A stretch of DNA of 62,680 nt, filler included, from Chrysochromulina tobinii (Eukaryota): assembly GCA_001275005.1 (NCBI GenBank). It is 5 parts of 5 records of this genome, joined end to end, with 100 filler letters (N's around TTAATTAATTAA, not from the genome) between each part and the next. Parts side by side here need not be neighbours in the genome. Positions count along the whole stretch, not along the records: positions 36,120 to 56,571 come from JWZX01001062.1; 4 more parts are not named here. One strand, given 5' to 3'. The translations under genes and the position numbers were made by a program. A model generated the notes under the pieces. The model made no database searches and was not told where the DNA came from. It saw only the letters and a list, made by a program, of their open reading frames with translations. This document shows positions 45,501 to 54,720 of this stretch, piece after piece (the stretch's first letter is position 1; each line of letters starts with the position of its first letter).

Positions 45501-45666
45501 GTACGAGCGCGCTGCAGCCGTCAGGGCGGCAGTCAAGGTGGAAGCGTCGCGGCTGGCGACGCGTCTGCTGCATTCGGATGCGGCGCTCGCAGTCGAGACG
45601 GGCGTGACGAGGGCCGCCGCCGCGGCGGCATCCGTGACCGCTTCAGACGGGCATTGCGTAGTGTAG
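42529..45666 (+). CDS. RlmN/Cfr-family radical SAM methyltransferase fused to CxxCxGxG zinc finger and FAD-dependent monooxygenase
   Basis: [105 protein letters not shown]. Confidence 0.85.
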   Translation: [1045 protein letters not shown]

Positions 45667-46005
45667 GAAGATATGCGTTGAGCTAGCGCCTAGCGGCAGC
45701 GCGCAGCGCGGTACCGTTTAGCGTTACGAGCGCCTTACTGTCGTAACTATCCGACCCGCCCCCCGCGCCCCGGCGGAGCCCGGTGTGCGCTCCTGTGTGC
45801 ATGCTTGGTTTAGTCACAATCATCCGATCATACAAGCTCAGCAGAGAGCTACCGACTTTCATCCACAGCATCATCGCGTGTTCACGCTCAGCACAAATGC
45901 ACACCGCAAGATTATACATGCCCACATACGATAACGTCTCTCTTGCATGCTCTCGTCACTCTTGTGTCAAATTCAGTCCATACAGGACAGCTGTACTGTA
46001 CGCCG

Positions 46006-49000
46006 TCATTCGATTCCGGCCTCATGAAAGTTCAGCTCCGTATCCTTGCGGTAGAGCTCCGCGAGCTGGTCGAGCCACCATCCGGCGGTCCATGTGGTGC
46101 GGAAGTTGAAGTCCTGCCCCTGGGGGAACGTCAACTTTCCATCGGGCAGCTTGCCCACCCCGTGAAGCACCCAGTCGCGCGCAAAGAGGAGCTCGACGCG
46201 CTGCATGTATGCCCCGCCGATGATGCTACGGAGGAGCTCGCTCACGCGCACGGCGCCGACGAGGTCCTGTGTTTCGGTCTTGGCATCATTCACCTTCTTG
46301 AGCAACTGGTCGAACATCTCGAGCACCACAGAGGCCGGCTGGTACGCGTAATGGTCCGTCTTCTTCTGAACGATCTTAGCGGCGACGGCCACATAGTGAA
46401 GGCCCGAGATGAGCACAATCCGCACCGGCTCGCTGCTCTCCCCCTGGGATTCGAGCGCGAATTCTTTGAGCTGCGAGGCGAGCTTGTCGTCCTGGTTGCT
46501 CACCACGCGCTTAATCTCCTCGCGCCATTCGTCGAGCCCAGCTTTACGCTTTCCCGGGTCCTTCTCCGGGTCATTCTCGACGTCCTTTTTGATGCGTTCG
46601 ACCTTTACCTTGAGCTGCAGATCGTAGCTCGTGAAGCCGTCTAGGCCCGACAGCTGCACGGAGCCTTGACCGCCCGAGATGAGCGCGAGGGGCGGCTCGA
46701 GCCCGGCAGCCTGTAGTGCGTACTCTACCGACTTATGCTCCCACATGGCCTCCTCTTTCTGCGACACCGCAAACCACTTTGAGTCGATCGAGCGCGAGTG
46801 CGAGAGCTTCTCCGCCTTTGCCCGGAGCGTGTCGCGTAGTGCGTCCATCACGGGCCGTCCCTTTTCTCGCAACTCGTTGCTGAGCTGTCGGTACCACGCT
46901 GTCAGCCCGATGCACACGCTGGTGAACAAGCAATGCTGCAGCTCCTTGTGCTTCTCGAATGCGGTCTCCATGGCTTTGTGAAGCGTGGCCACGAGCTCCT
47001 CGAACATGGGATCCTTTTCCCCCAGCCCACCCTTGAAGATCTTTTCAAAGTCGAGCTTCCCACTGTTGGGGAGCTCTTTGATCTCGGCGTCTTTAGCCTC
47101 TATCAAGCTGACCGTCCGGAAGCGCACCCAGATCATGATTTTACACGCGCCCGTGCCCACGTCGAGCACGAAGGCGCCCACGCCGACGAAATCACCCACG
47201 TCCAGCTTGGACTCGTCCTTGCCGCGCAATGCGCACAGCGGCGGGTTGCCCTCCTTACTGTCGCCGAACTGGCCGTGGAACTCGCGCAAGGCGCCAACTT
47301 TGACCTCGCGACTCATCGATTTCGCGCTGCGTGCCATCATGTGCGCGGTTAGGCCGTTCCGGTCGGTTTTTGTGCGGTCGCACCCCGCATGCAACAGCTC
47401 ACGGATGGTCGGGGCGTGGAGGCACTCCGCCGCATACATGAGTGCTGTCTTGCCAGTGCTGTCAATCGCGTTGAGTACCTCTTTCTTGACGATCAGCCGC
47501 TTCTGAGGCGGCGCGATCTGGGTCCCGGCGGTCACGGCCTTCCCGCACACTTGCGTGCTGGGCGTGACCGCATTCGAAGCCATGTTCTGCTTAGGATGGC
47601 GAGTCTGATTCTGATGGCTCCCGAAGGTCTCGCAAGTCGAGAGCAGATGCACCATCTCCTTAATCCCCGACCGTGCTGCGAGCATGAGGGCGGTCATGCC
47701 GTCCTTATTCCGGTCGAGGAGGTCCCATCCCTCGACCACCAGGATTTCCGCAGCTTGCACATGCCCGTTGTGCGCCGCGTGCATCAGCGCTGTCATGCCC
47801 TCGCCGTCCGTCTCCTCCATCTGCGGCATCCCATCTCGCTCATTGCGCTTACCACTGGCGATCAGCAGCGGAATGATAGCGTCGTGGCCGCGCTTGCAGG
47901 CCCACATGAGCGCAGTGAGCCCATTCTTATCCTTTAGGTGCACGTCTGCTTCCCGGCGCAGCAGTGCTTGCACTGTCTGCAGGTGGCCGCGACGCGCTGC
48001 CAGGATGAGAGCCGTCTGCTGCGCCAGGCCCTCCTTGCGGTTAATGTAATAATCCTTCTCCTTGCGGTCCATGCAACGCTTCTCCTTGCGCTTGTCGTCA
48101 GGCGAGGTCGGCGAGACCTCGCCAAGTTGAACACCTGTCTGGATGATCCCCCAGTTTCCGCCATCGGTCTTCAACTTGGCGAGCACCTCGACCACCTCTG
48201 AGTGGCCAAAGTAGGCGGCCTGCGTGAGCGCGGTGCTCCCCTCGGCATCGGGCATGAACGGATCCGCCTTGTTCTCGAGCAGCGTCTGGATGCACTGCTT
48301 TGAGCCAGCGCGTGCAGCCATAATGAGTGGCGTGCGTTGGAGTTCGTCGGTGCGTTGGATGTTGACGTCTGACTTTTTTTGGATCAGCAGCTGAGCAGCA
48401 TCGACGAAACCGTTTTGGCACGCGCGCAGAAGCGCCGACGTGCCGTTCTCCTCAGTATGCTCCACCATTTTTGTCACAATGTCGAGAGCATGTTTTTCGA
48501 CCTGTTTTTCATTTGTTTCACCATGTTTCTCGGCAGCTGCGAAATGGTTCTTGTCATCGAGCAAGATCTCAACGACGTCTATGTGGCCTTCGAGCACTGC
48601 TATCGTGAGCGCCGTGCAGCCCCCCTCTTCGGTCTTCAGCAACGGGTCGGCATGCTTCTCTAGCAGACAATGCACCGTTTTTGAGAAGCCACGGAAGGCG
48701 GCGAGCATCAGCGGAGTGATGCCGAACTTGCCCGGCGCGTTCACGTCAACATCCGTCACCACCTGCTCGAGCTCTCGCTTGCTTAGGGTTCCCGAGCGGT
48801 CGACATCGATCGTGCTGAAGCGCACTTGCAGCACTTCGTCAGTCAGCCGCTCGGCACCAGGCTTGGTATTCCGCTCGTGATCACAGTAGTCCTTAAAAGA
48901 GCCGAAGACCTCTTCCTCGCCGCCCATGTCAGCACCGACACTAGACGTCCTTTTGAGCGGGACCAGCATGTCCACCTTGCCATCCTTCGTCGTGTCTACT

Positions 49001-52000
49001 GCACCGAGAAGCAAGCCCGATAATTTGGCGTCCCCGTTTGAAGGGTCAAGAATCAATTGGAGCAGCTTTGGCTTCGGCGTGCTATCCGCGCATAACTGAT
49101 TAATAAGCTTATCCGCCTCAGATTTCTTGATCGCCGTGCGCAGCCGTGGGCTCGCGCGCTTGCCCATAAGCGACCAATCGTACGGACGCACGCCATGGAT
49201 GTTCGATATGAAGGCTGGCTGAAGGTGCGCGAGCGGCTGCATCGCGGGGTGCGTGAGGAGGGCCGTGCACGCCTTCTCGCACCCATTCTCCGCCGCCTCG
49301 TGCAGGGCCGTGTTGGCGTGCTCGTCCGCGTGCAGCGGGCTCAACCCCTTATCGAGAAGCGCAGTGAGCACCGCAACATTGTCTTGCGCGGCTGCCGCGC
49401 GTAGCACAGCGCCTGCGTCGTTGTTACCAAAGGGCAACACGAGCGTCGTCTTGATCGTGGTGCCGTTCGGGAGCTTCACAAGGTGCACCACCTTAGCGTC
49501 CCCATGTCGTACATCGTGCCGAGCGCCGCTTTGGGAATCCTTTTTGGGATCCTTGTCGGGCAGCTGGATGTTCGCGAGCAGCACGCCGCGCTGATAGTCG
49601 ATGTCGTCCTTGTGCTCGCCGTCTGCCAAGGCCAGCAGCGTGCTGCCAATCTTGATCGGCTTGTCCTCGATGAGCTTATGGCTCTCGAGGAACTGTACGA
49701 AGCAGCGGAGAACGCGCTCCGCTTGCTCCGCCTTGGGCGTGAGCAGACCGACGATCGTAGATGCCCACGCGCTGATCTCATTGGGGTCCTTGAGGAGCAT
49801 CTTGAGAAGGATCAGCCGGTCGCGCGGACCCACGTTATCGCTGGACTTGCCCACCTTGACCACATCCTCGTTGGACTGTGGTTTTACGTCACCACCGCGA
49901 AGGTCGGTCGCCGAGACCGTTTTGGACGCTCTCGGCGGTTGCGACCGCGCCAAGGGCGGCCGCAACTGGGATGTCGATTTCTTGAAGGGGGGCGATTTCT
50001 TGTAGAGGCTCTCGTCTTCGGCTTCATAGATGCTCGGGTCTTCGGCGTCATAGATGCAATCGATGGCCTCATAGTCGTCAGTTGTGAGCATTGAGTGCAG
50101 CCTCGGCCCCTTCTTTTCGTTACACAATCGGAGGGACAGGTGCAACAGCACGATGGCCAGATCGATCTTCTTGCTCACTGCGCACAGCTTCGCGGCGTTG
50201 AAGGACTTCAAAGCCTCGTCCCGCCAATCCTCCATGCCACCGAACGAGGGGGACGCTGTGGAGTCAGCGTCAGCGACGGCCCTAGGCTCGACAGCCGTTG
50301 GACTCACGATCAGCGAGAGTCGGGAGTTCTCTTTCTTGGCCAATTCCGATAGTCGGGAGTTCTCTTTCTTGGCCAATTTGCTGAGCAGGGTGAACACCTC
50401 TTCCTTGGCCGAGAGCGCCTTGTCGGTAGCCTCTCGGTAGTTCTCGGCCTCGTTGAACCACTTGGGCTCTCGCTTGAGTGCAGAGCTCTTGAGGTCCTCA
50501 AGAGGCACGAGCGCCTTGCTCGGCGCGTCGGCGCGCGTGAATTGCTCCATGAGCAAATCGACGAACTGAACGTGCGAGTTCTGCAGGCGCGAGACGACCT
50601 GATCGATGGTGGCAGCCTTCTGATTGGTCGTCGGCCGCAGCACGACCACCAGCACCGAGCCATCGACGCGCGTGTCGAGCACTTCGACGCCCGTGAGCGG
50701 CGCGAAGAGAATCTCGCGCTCGAACGGGTACTGCGAGAGCCACGAGAGATCGCAGCCGCGGTCGACGAGGCCCTGGTGGATCTCGAAGACGATGCCCGAC
50801 GCATCCTTATCCTTTGTCTTTTCATACGCACCAGCGTACGTCATCGCCACCTTGTAGTCGAGCGTTGTGCTCATAAAGCCCGGCTCGACGCCCCCCTTGA
50901 TACCGTGCTCGTTCTTCGTGCGGAAGGCATACGGGAGGGCGAGGCCCTTGAGCCCGCGGTAGACGCATGCGGCGGGCGTGAGTACCTTGAGCTTGACGAT
51001 GGCCGAGTTGAGCACCCAGATTGTCGTCGTGTACCTATTGCCCTTGCACAGCTGCTGGAAATAGTCTTTCATCCACTTCGGCGCAGCGCCCGCATTCGCG
51101 CGCAGCACCGCATTGTATTTTTGGAACATCGGCCCCGTATACAGGCGCGACGCGATGAACTCCTCCTTGCGCAGCGGGCGTTGCGCATGCAGGCGCAGAC
51201 GATTGTTGACATCACTGATGGCGACGTCGAAGGTGTCGAGTTCCCGCTCGTTGCGCAGCTTGCGCCGTTCAAGACCCTCCGCCTGCTCCGAGGGGTATGA
51301 CTTCCTCTTCAGCACCTCCTTGCCACGCGCCGGGTCGACGACAAAGTACCACTCGATGCAGGAACTTGTGTGGCAAAGGTAATTCGACGTGGTGAACCAA
51401 ATGTCTGAATCGCTCCTCTTCGTGTGCTCGCGGCGCATCGATTCAAACAAATCGGGATTGGGCATCCCCACCGCCACCTCGAGCCCGTCGTAGAAGGCCT
51501 TGATGTCGCACAGGTGGAATTCGGACATCTTGCCCATCATGAACTTCTCCGTGAACTTCTCCGAGAGCTCGCTGGACGTGTACCCCTCTTGCAGCTTAGA
51601 CAAGCCGTTGGCGAGCGTCTCGGCCAGCGACACCGGCGTCTTTTCGAGCAGCTTGCCGAGTATAGCAAGCCGTTGCGGCTCGTCCATCTTCCCCAGGTGG
51701 CGCAAGAAAGCTAGCTCGGCCGCCGCGAGCGTACGCTTCTTGTCCCCCTCGGTCGACGCTTCGTCAGCTCCGCCAGCGGGCTTCGCCCTGAGTTCCTCAT
51801 TCGCACTGAGTTTCTTAACGAGGGGCGCGGTGAGCAGCTCGGCGATCATGCTGTGCACCTCCTGTGTCGTGCACCACGTGTTCGCTCGCCACGTCTCCGG
51901 CATCTTCCCGGGTGGCTTCGGCGGGCCGCCTCCTCCGCTTCCCGCCTCCCAATTTGAATCCGTTGATGGCCGCCGCCCGCCTCCGCCGGCGCTCGGTGCG

Positions 52001-53169
52001 GCGCTCGGTGCGCCTGCTTTACTACCCCCCTCGGCGCCCTGCACCTTGGCGGCCGCGGCTGCAGCCTCCTCCGCCGCCTCCGCCGCCTTCGCGGCCGCGG
52101 CCGCGGCTGCGGCCTCCTTCGCCGCCTCCATACCCGCCTCCACTGCCTCCTTCAGCAGCGCATCCACCTTTTCCGGCTCCAGATCCGCCACCTGGCCCGA
52201 CACAAGCGCATCCATCAGCTCCGGCGCTGACAGTGTGCACGCCAGTCTGTCGACGCCGACGGCGCCCACGCCAACGGCGCCCACGCCGACGGCGCCTCCG
52301 CCGACGGCGTCACCGCCGACGGCGCCGCCGGCAGTGTTGGCGCCACCGGCAGTGGGCATCGCGCGGGGGATCTGCCCCGCCACTTGGCGCTGGAGCTTGG
52401 TGATCTGATCTCGAGCTGTCGCGAGCGCCTCCTCCAAAGTGCGGATCTCCTCTTTCGCCGCATGCAGCTGCGCCTTCGCCTCCTCGCGTCCGGCACGCTC
52501 CTCGGCTGCCTTAGCGTGAAACGTAGCGGCATCGGCCGCGGCGCTGGAGCACGCCTCCGCGCGCCGCAGCGGAGCGGAGGGCGGCGGGCGGTGCGAGCGT
52601 TGGTGAGGCCCATGAGGCCCCAACTCCTCCGCCGCGCCGTCGTCGGTGAGCAGCGGCTCGTTGGCCGCGGCGCTGATCGCGGCGCGCGCGGTCTCCGCAC
52701 GGGTGAGTGGCAGCGAGCTGGCGAGCGCCGGATCGTCGCCCTGGGCCGCGCGCGCCGAGTCGTTGAGCTGGAGCCGCAGGTAGTTGTTCTCGGCGCGCAG
52801 CTTGAGCTTCTCTGTGCGCAGCTTGGTCACTTTGCGCTGCTCGTCGACGAGCTGCTTCATCTGCTCGTGCATCCGTTTTTTCAGCTCCTCGTACATCAGC
52901 TCGACAGTCCGCAGCCGCTCGCGGCCGGGCGAAGCAGTCGCCGCGCTTGCCGGGCGCATGCCTCGTGTGGCGCCAGAGGGCGGGCCGACAGGTGCGATCG
53001 GCCGCCGTCCGCTGCTGCCAACTGGGTTGTCGGCCTGCATGAAAGCTTCCGCAACATTTCGCTGCGCACGCGCGGCATCGGCGTCCTCGCGCGCCCGCGC
53101 GGTGCGAGCGTCGGAGGCGGTCGGGTATTGCAGGTAGCTGTAAGTGCCTGTGGCCGCAGGCTGGGACAT
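46006..53169 (-). CDS. Multidomain protein: coiled coil, R-S-E mono-ADP-ribosyltransferase, EF-hand, ankyrin repeats, ASKHA (NTPDase/apyrase-like) domain
   Basis: LYTGP, VYRG, FMSTT, QYPFEREIL; DVDRSGTLSKREL; many GxTALxxAA ankyrins; DVGTG, LTAWYR, SQKEEA, GGQGSVQL, TWTAG; first ATG at 53169. Confidence 0.8.
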   Translation of the reverse strand: MSQPAATGTYSYLQYPTASDARTARAREDADAARAQRNVAEAFMQADNPVGSSGRRPIAPVGPPSGATRGMRPASAATASPGRERLRTVELMYEELKKRMHEQMKQLVDEQRKVTKLRTEKLKLRAENNYLRLQLNDSARAAQGDDPALASSLPLTRAETARAAISAAANEPLLTDDGAAEELGPHGPHQRSHRPPPSAPLRRAEACSSAAADAATFHAKAAEERAGREEAKAQLHAAKEEIRTLEEALATARDQITKLQRQVAGQIPRAMPTAGGANTAGGAVGGDAVGGGAVGVGAVGVGAVGVDRLACTLSAPELMDALVSGQVADLEPEKVDALLKEAVEAGMEAAKEAAAAAAAAKAAEAAEEAAAAAAKVQGAEGGSKAGAPSAAPSAGGGGRRPSTDSNWEAGSGGGGPPKPPGKMPETWRANTWCTTQEVHSMIAELLTAPLVKKLSANEELRAKPAGGADEASTEGDKKRTLAAAELAFLRHLGKMDEPQRLAILGKLLEKTPVSLAETLANGLSKLQEGYTSSELSEKFTEKFMMGKMSEFHLCDIKAFYDGLEVAVGMPNPDLFESMRREHTKRSDSDIWFTTSNYLCHTSSCIEWYFVVDPARGKEVLKRKSYPSEQAEGLERRKLRNERELDTFDVAISDVNNRLRLHAQRPLRKEEFIASRLYTGPMFQKYNAVLRANAGAAPKWMKDYFQQLCKGNRYTTTIWVLNSAIVKLKVLTPAACVYRGLKGLALPYAFRTKNEHGIKGGVEPGFMSTTLDYKVAMTYAGAYEKTKDKDASGIVFEIHQGLVDRGCDLSWLSQYPFEREILFAPLTGVEVLDTRVDGSVLVVVLRPTTNQKAATIDQVVSRLQNSHVQFVDLLMEQFTRADAPSKALVPLEDLKSSALKREPKWFNEAENYREATDKALSAKEEVFTLLSKLAKKENSRLSELAKKENSRLSLIVSPTAVEPRAVADADSTASPSFGGMEDWRDEALKSFNAAKLCAVSKKIDLAIVLLHLSLRLCNEKKGPRLHSMLTTDDYEAIDCIYDAEDPSIYEAEDESLYKKSPPFKKSTSQLRPPLARSQPPRASKTVSATDLRGGDVKPQSNEDVVKVGKSSDNVGPRDRLILLKMLLKDPNEISAWASTIVGLLTPKAEQAERVLRCFVQFLESHKLIEDKPIKIGSTLLALADGEHKDDIDYQRGVLLANIQLPDKDPKKDSQSGARHDVRHGDAKVVHLVKLPNGTTIKTTLVLPFGNNDAGAVLRAAAAQDNVAVLTALLDKGLSPLHADEHANTALHEAAENGCEKACTALLTHPAMQPLAHLQPAFISNIHGVRPYDWSLMGKRASPRLRTAIKKSEADKLINQLCADSTPKPKLLQLILDPSNGDAKLSGLLLGAVDTTKDGKVDMLVPLKRTSSVGADMGGEEEVFGSFKDYCDHERNTKPGAERLTDEVLQVRFSTIDVDRSGTLSKRELEQVVTDVDVNAPGKFGITPLMLAAFRGFSKTVHCLLEKHADPLLKTEEGGCTALTIAVLEGHIDVVEILLDDKNHFAAAEKHGETNEKQVEKHALDIVTKMVEHTEENGTSALLRACQNGFVDAAQLLIQKKSDVNIQRTDELQRTPLIMAARAGSKQCIQTLLENKADPFMPDAEGSTALTQAAYFGHSEVVEVLAKLKTDGGNWGIIQTGVQLGEVSPTSPDDKRKEKRCMDRKEKDYYINRKEGLAQQTALILAARRGHLQTVQALLRREADVHLKDKNGLTALMWACKRGHDAIIPLLIASGKRNERDGMPQMEETDGEGMTALMHAAHNGHVQAAEILVVEGWDLLDRNKDGMTALMLAARSGIKEMVHLLSTCETFGSHQNQTRHPKQNMASNAVTPSTQVCGKAVTAGTQIAPPQKRLIVKKEVLNAIDSTGKTALMYAAECLHAPTIRELLHAGCDRTKTDRNGLTAHMMARSAKSMSREVKVGALREFHGQFGDSKEGNPPLCALRGKDESKLDVGDFVGVGAFVLDVGTGACKIMIWVRFRTVSLIEAKDAEIKELPNSGKLDFEKIFKGGLGEKDPMFEELVATLHKAMETAFEKHKELQHCLFTSVCIGLTAWYRQLSNELREKGRPVMDALRDTLRAKAEKLSHSRSIDSKWFAVSQKEEAMWEHKSVEYALQAAGLEPPLALISGGQGSVQLSGLDGFTSYDLQLKVKVERIKKDVENDPEKDPGKRKAGLDEWREEIKRVVSNQDDKLASQLKEFALESQGESSEPVRIVLISGLHYVAVAAKIVQKKTDHYAYQPASVVLEMFDQLLKKVNDAKTETQDLVGAVRVSELLRSIIGGAYMQRVELLFARDWVLHGVGKLPDGKLTFPQGQDFNFRTTWTAGWWLDQLAELYRKDTELNFHEAGIE

Positions 53170-53391
53170 GGAGACTCGGCTTGAACAAGACGACGAACAC
53201 CACAAGGAAATGCTGCAGCGTGCGCTGCGCGCACGGAGCTACGGGTCGTTAATCCACAGCAGGTAAGAGTGTGAACAGGCTGTGAACTCCGGCGAATTGA
53301 AAGCGCTCGCGTACATCCCTTCGAAAGACGAGTCTTTCACGTGCGTCGAGAAAACTGACGGGATCAATAGCAGCGCACACTAGTAGCGCAC

Positions 53392-54568
53392 ATGGAGGAG
53401 CTGCGAGCCCGTGAAGTCGCACTCGCACGCGACGTTGATGCGCTCACCGAGCGTGTGGCCATGGCATTTGGTGGCGCACCATTTGCGGTGATGCCAATCG
53501 ATGGCAAGGGATTCGGCGTCGTCGCGACGCGCGACCTTTTCATTGGTGAGCGGCTGCTGGCGGAGACGCCGCTGCTGGTGGTGCCCATGGACGTGTCTGG
53601 CTACGATGGCCAGCGCCATGGCGAGTACGAGGGCATCCCTTCGGCGTTGCTGGAGGCTGCCGTCGATGCGCTGCCAGCCGATCGCCGGTGCAAGTTCTTC
53701 GAGCTCTCGCAGAACTCTGCCTACGGGGTGACGAGGTCGCCAGCAGGCATCGCGCAGACCAATGGCATACCGCATACGCATGGCTCGAAAACGTACGGCG
53801 CGATTTATTACACGGCGAGTCGCTTCAATCATAGCTGCGACGCCAACGCGTGCTTTCGGTGGAACGGATCTCTCGGCGGTGCTGTCGGTGGTGCTGTGCC
53901 CCGGTGGGCCGACGGCGCTGGGTCCGGTGGCCAGCTGACCGTGCACGCCATCAAGCGCATCCCCGCTGGGACAGAAATCACATTCAACTACGCCGGCTTC
54001 CTCGCCCCGCGCGAGGCGCGCCGGCGCTATCTGCTTGAGAGCTTTGGATTCGAGTGCACGTGTGCCAAGTGCGCCATGAGCGGACCATGGAGCAGGTCAG
54101 CCGTTGCGGAGAGCGAAGCGCGCATCGCGGCACTGGGCGGCACGGCGAGCCTGCGCGCCTCGCTGCAGGCGTGGGGGGCGCTGAATGCGCTCGTCGTCGA
54201 CGAGCCCAGCGCCGTGTTGGGCAGGCTGGACGCGCGATACGCACTGGTCGAGGCCGAGTGCGCAGACGGCCTCCTCGCAGGCACCGCCGAATGTTTGGCG
54301 CGTCTCATTTTTCGAATTCTGCGCGGCGGCAGCCTCCCGGCTGCACGCGGCCGCGGCCGCCACGGCCGCGCGGCCGGTGAGCCGAGACGACGAAGACGGA
54401 GGAAGCAAGGGAGGAAGGGGGCCTTCAGCGCTGCGCTCCCGTGCACGCGAGTACGGAGCCGCAGCCCGCACGTGGGCCGTTCGAGCCAGAGAGCTTGCTC
54501 GGCAAATGGCGGGCGAGGACTCGCCAGCGTTTGCGCTGTTTGAGGCGGCTGTGGCGCGTTGGTCTTAG
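53392..54568 (+). CDS. SET-domain (SMYD/Set5-like) lysine methyltransferase with apparent +1 frameshift near 54300
   Basis: GKGFGVVATRD, SRFNHSCDAN, EITFNY, FGFECTCAKC; helical C-terminus ending MAGEDSPAF lies in the next frame (stop 54568). Confidence 0.75.
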
Positions 54569-54720
54569 CGTTAGCTCATGTTAGCTCCAATAGGGTTCGT
54601 CTCGTTCACATGCGAACTTTCTGCGAAGGAAACGCCCGTGACGACGCCTTCGCATGATGGCCGCCGAGGATTGGGTCTTCCTCCTGAGCCTTTCCTCCTG
54701 TGTCACAACAAACGCCTCTA

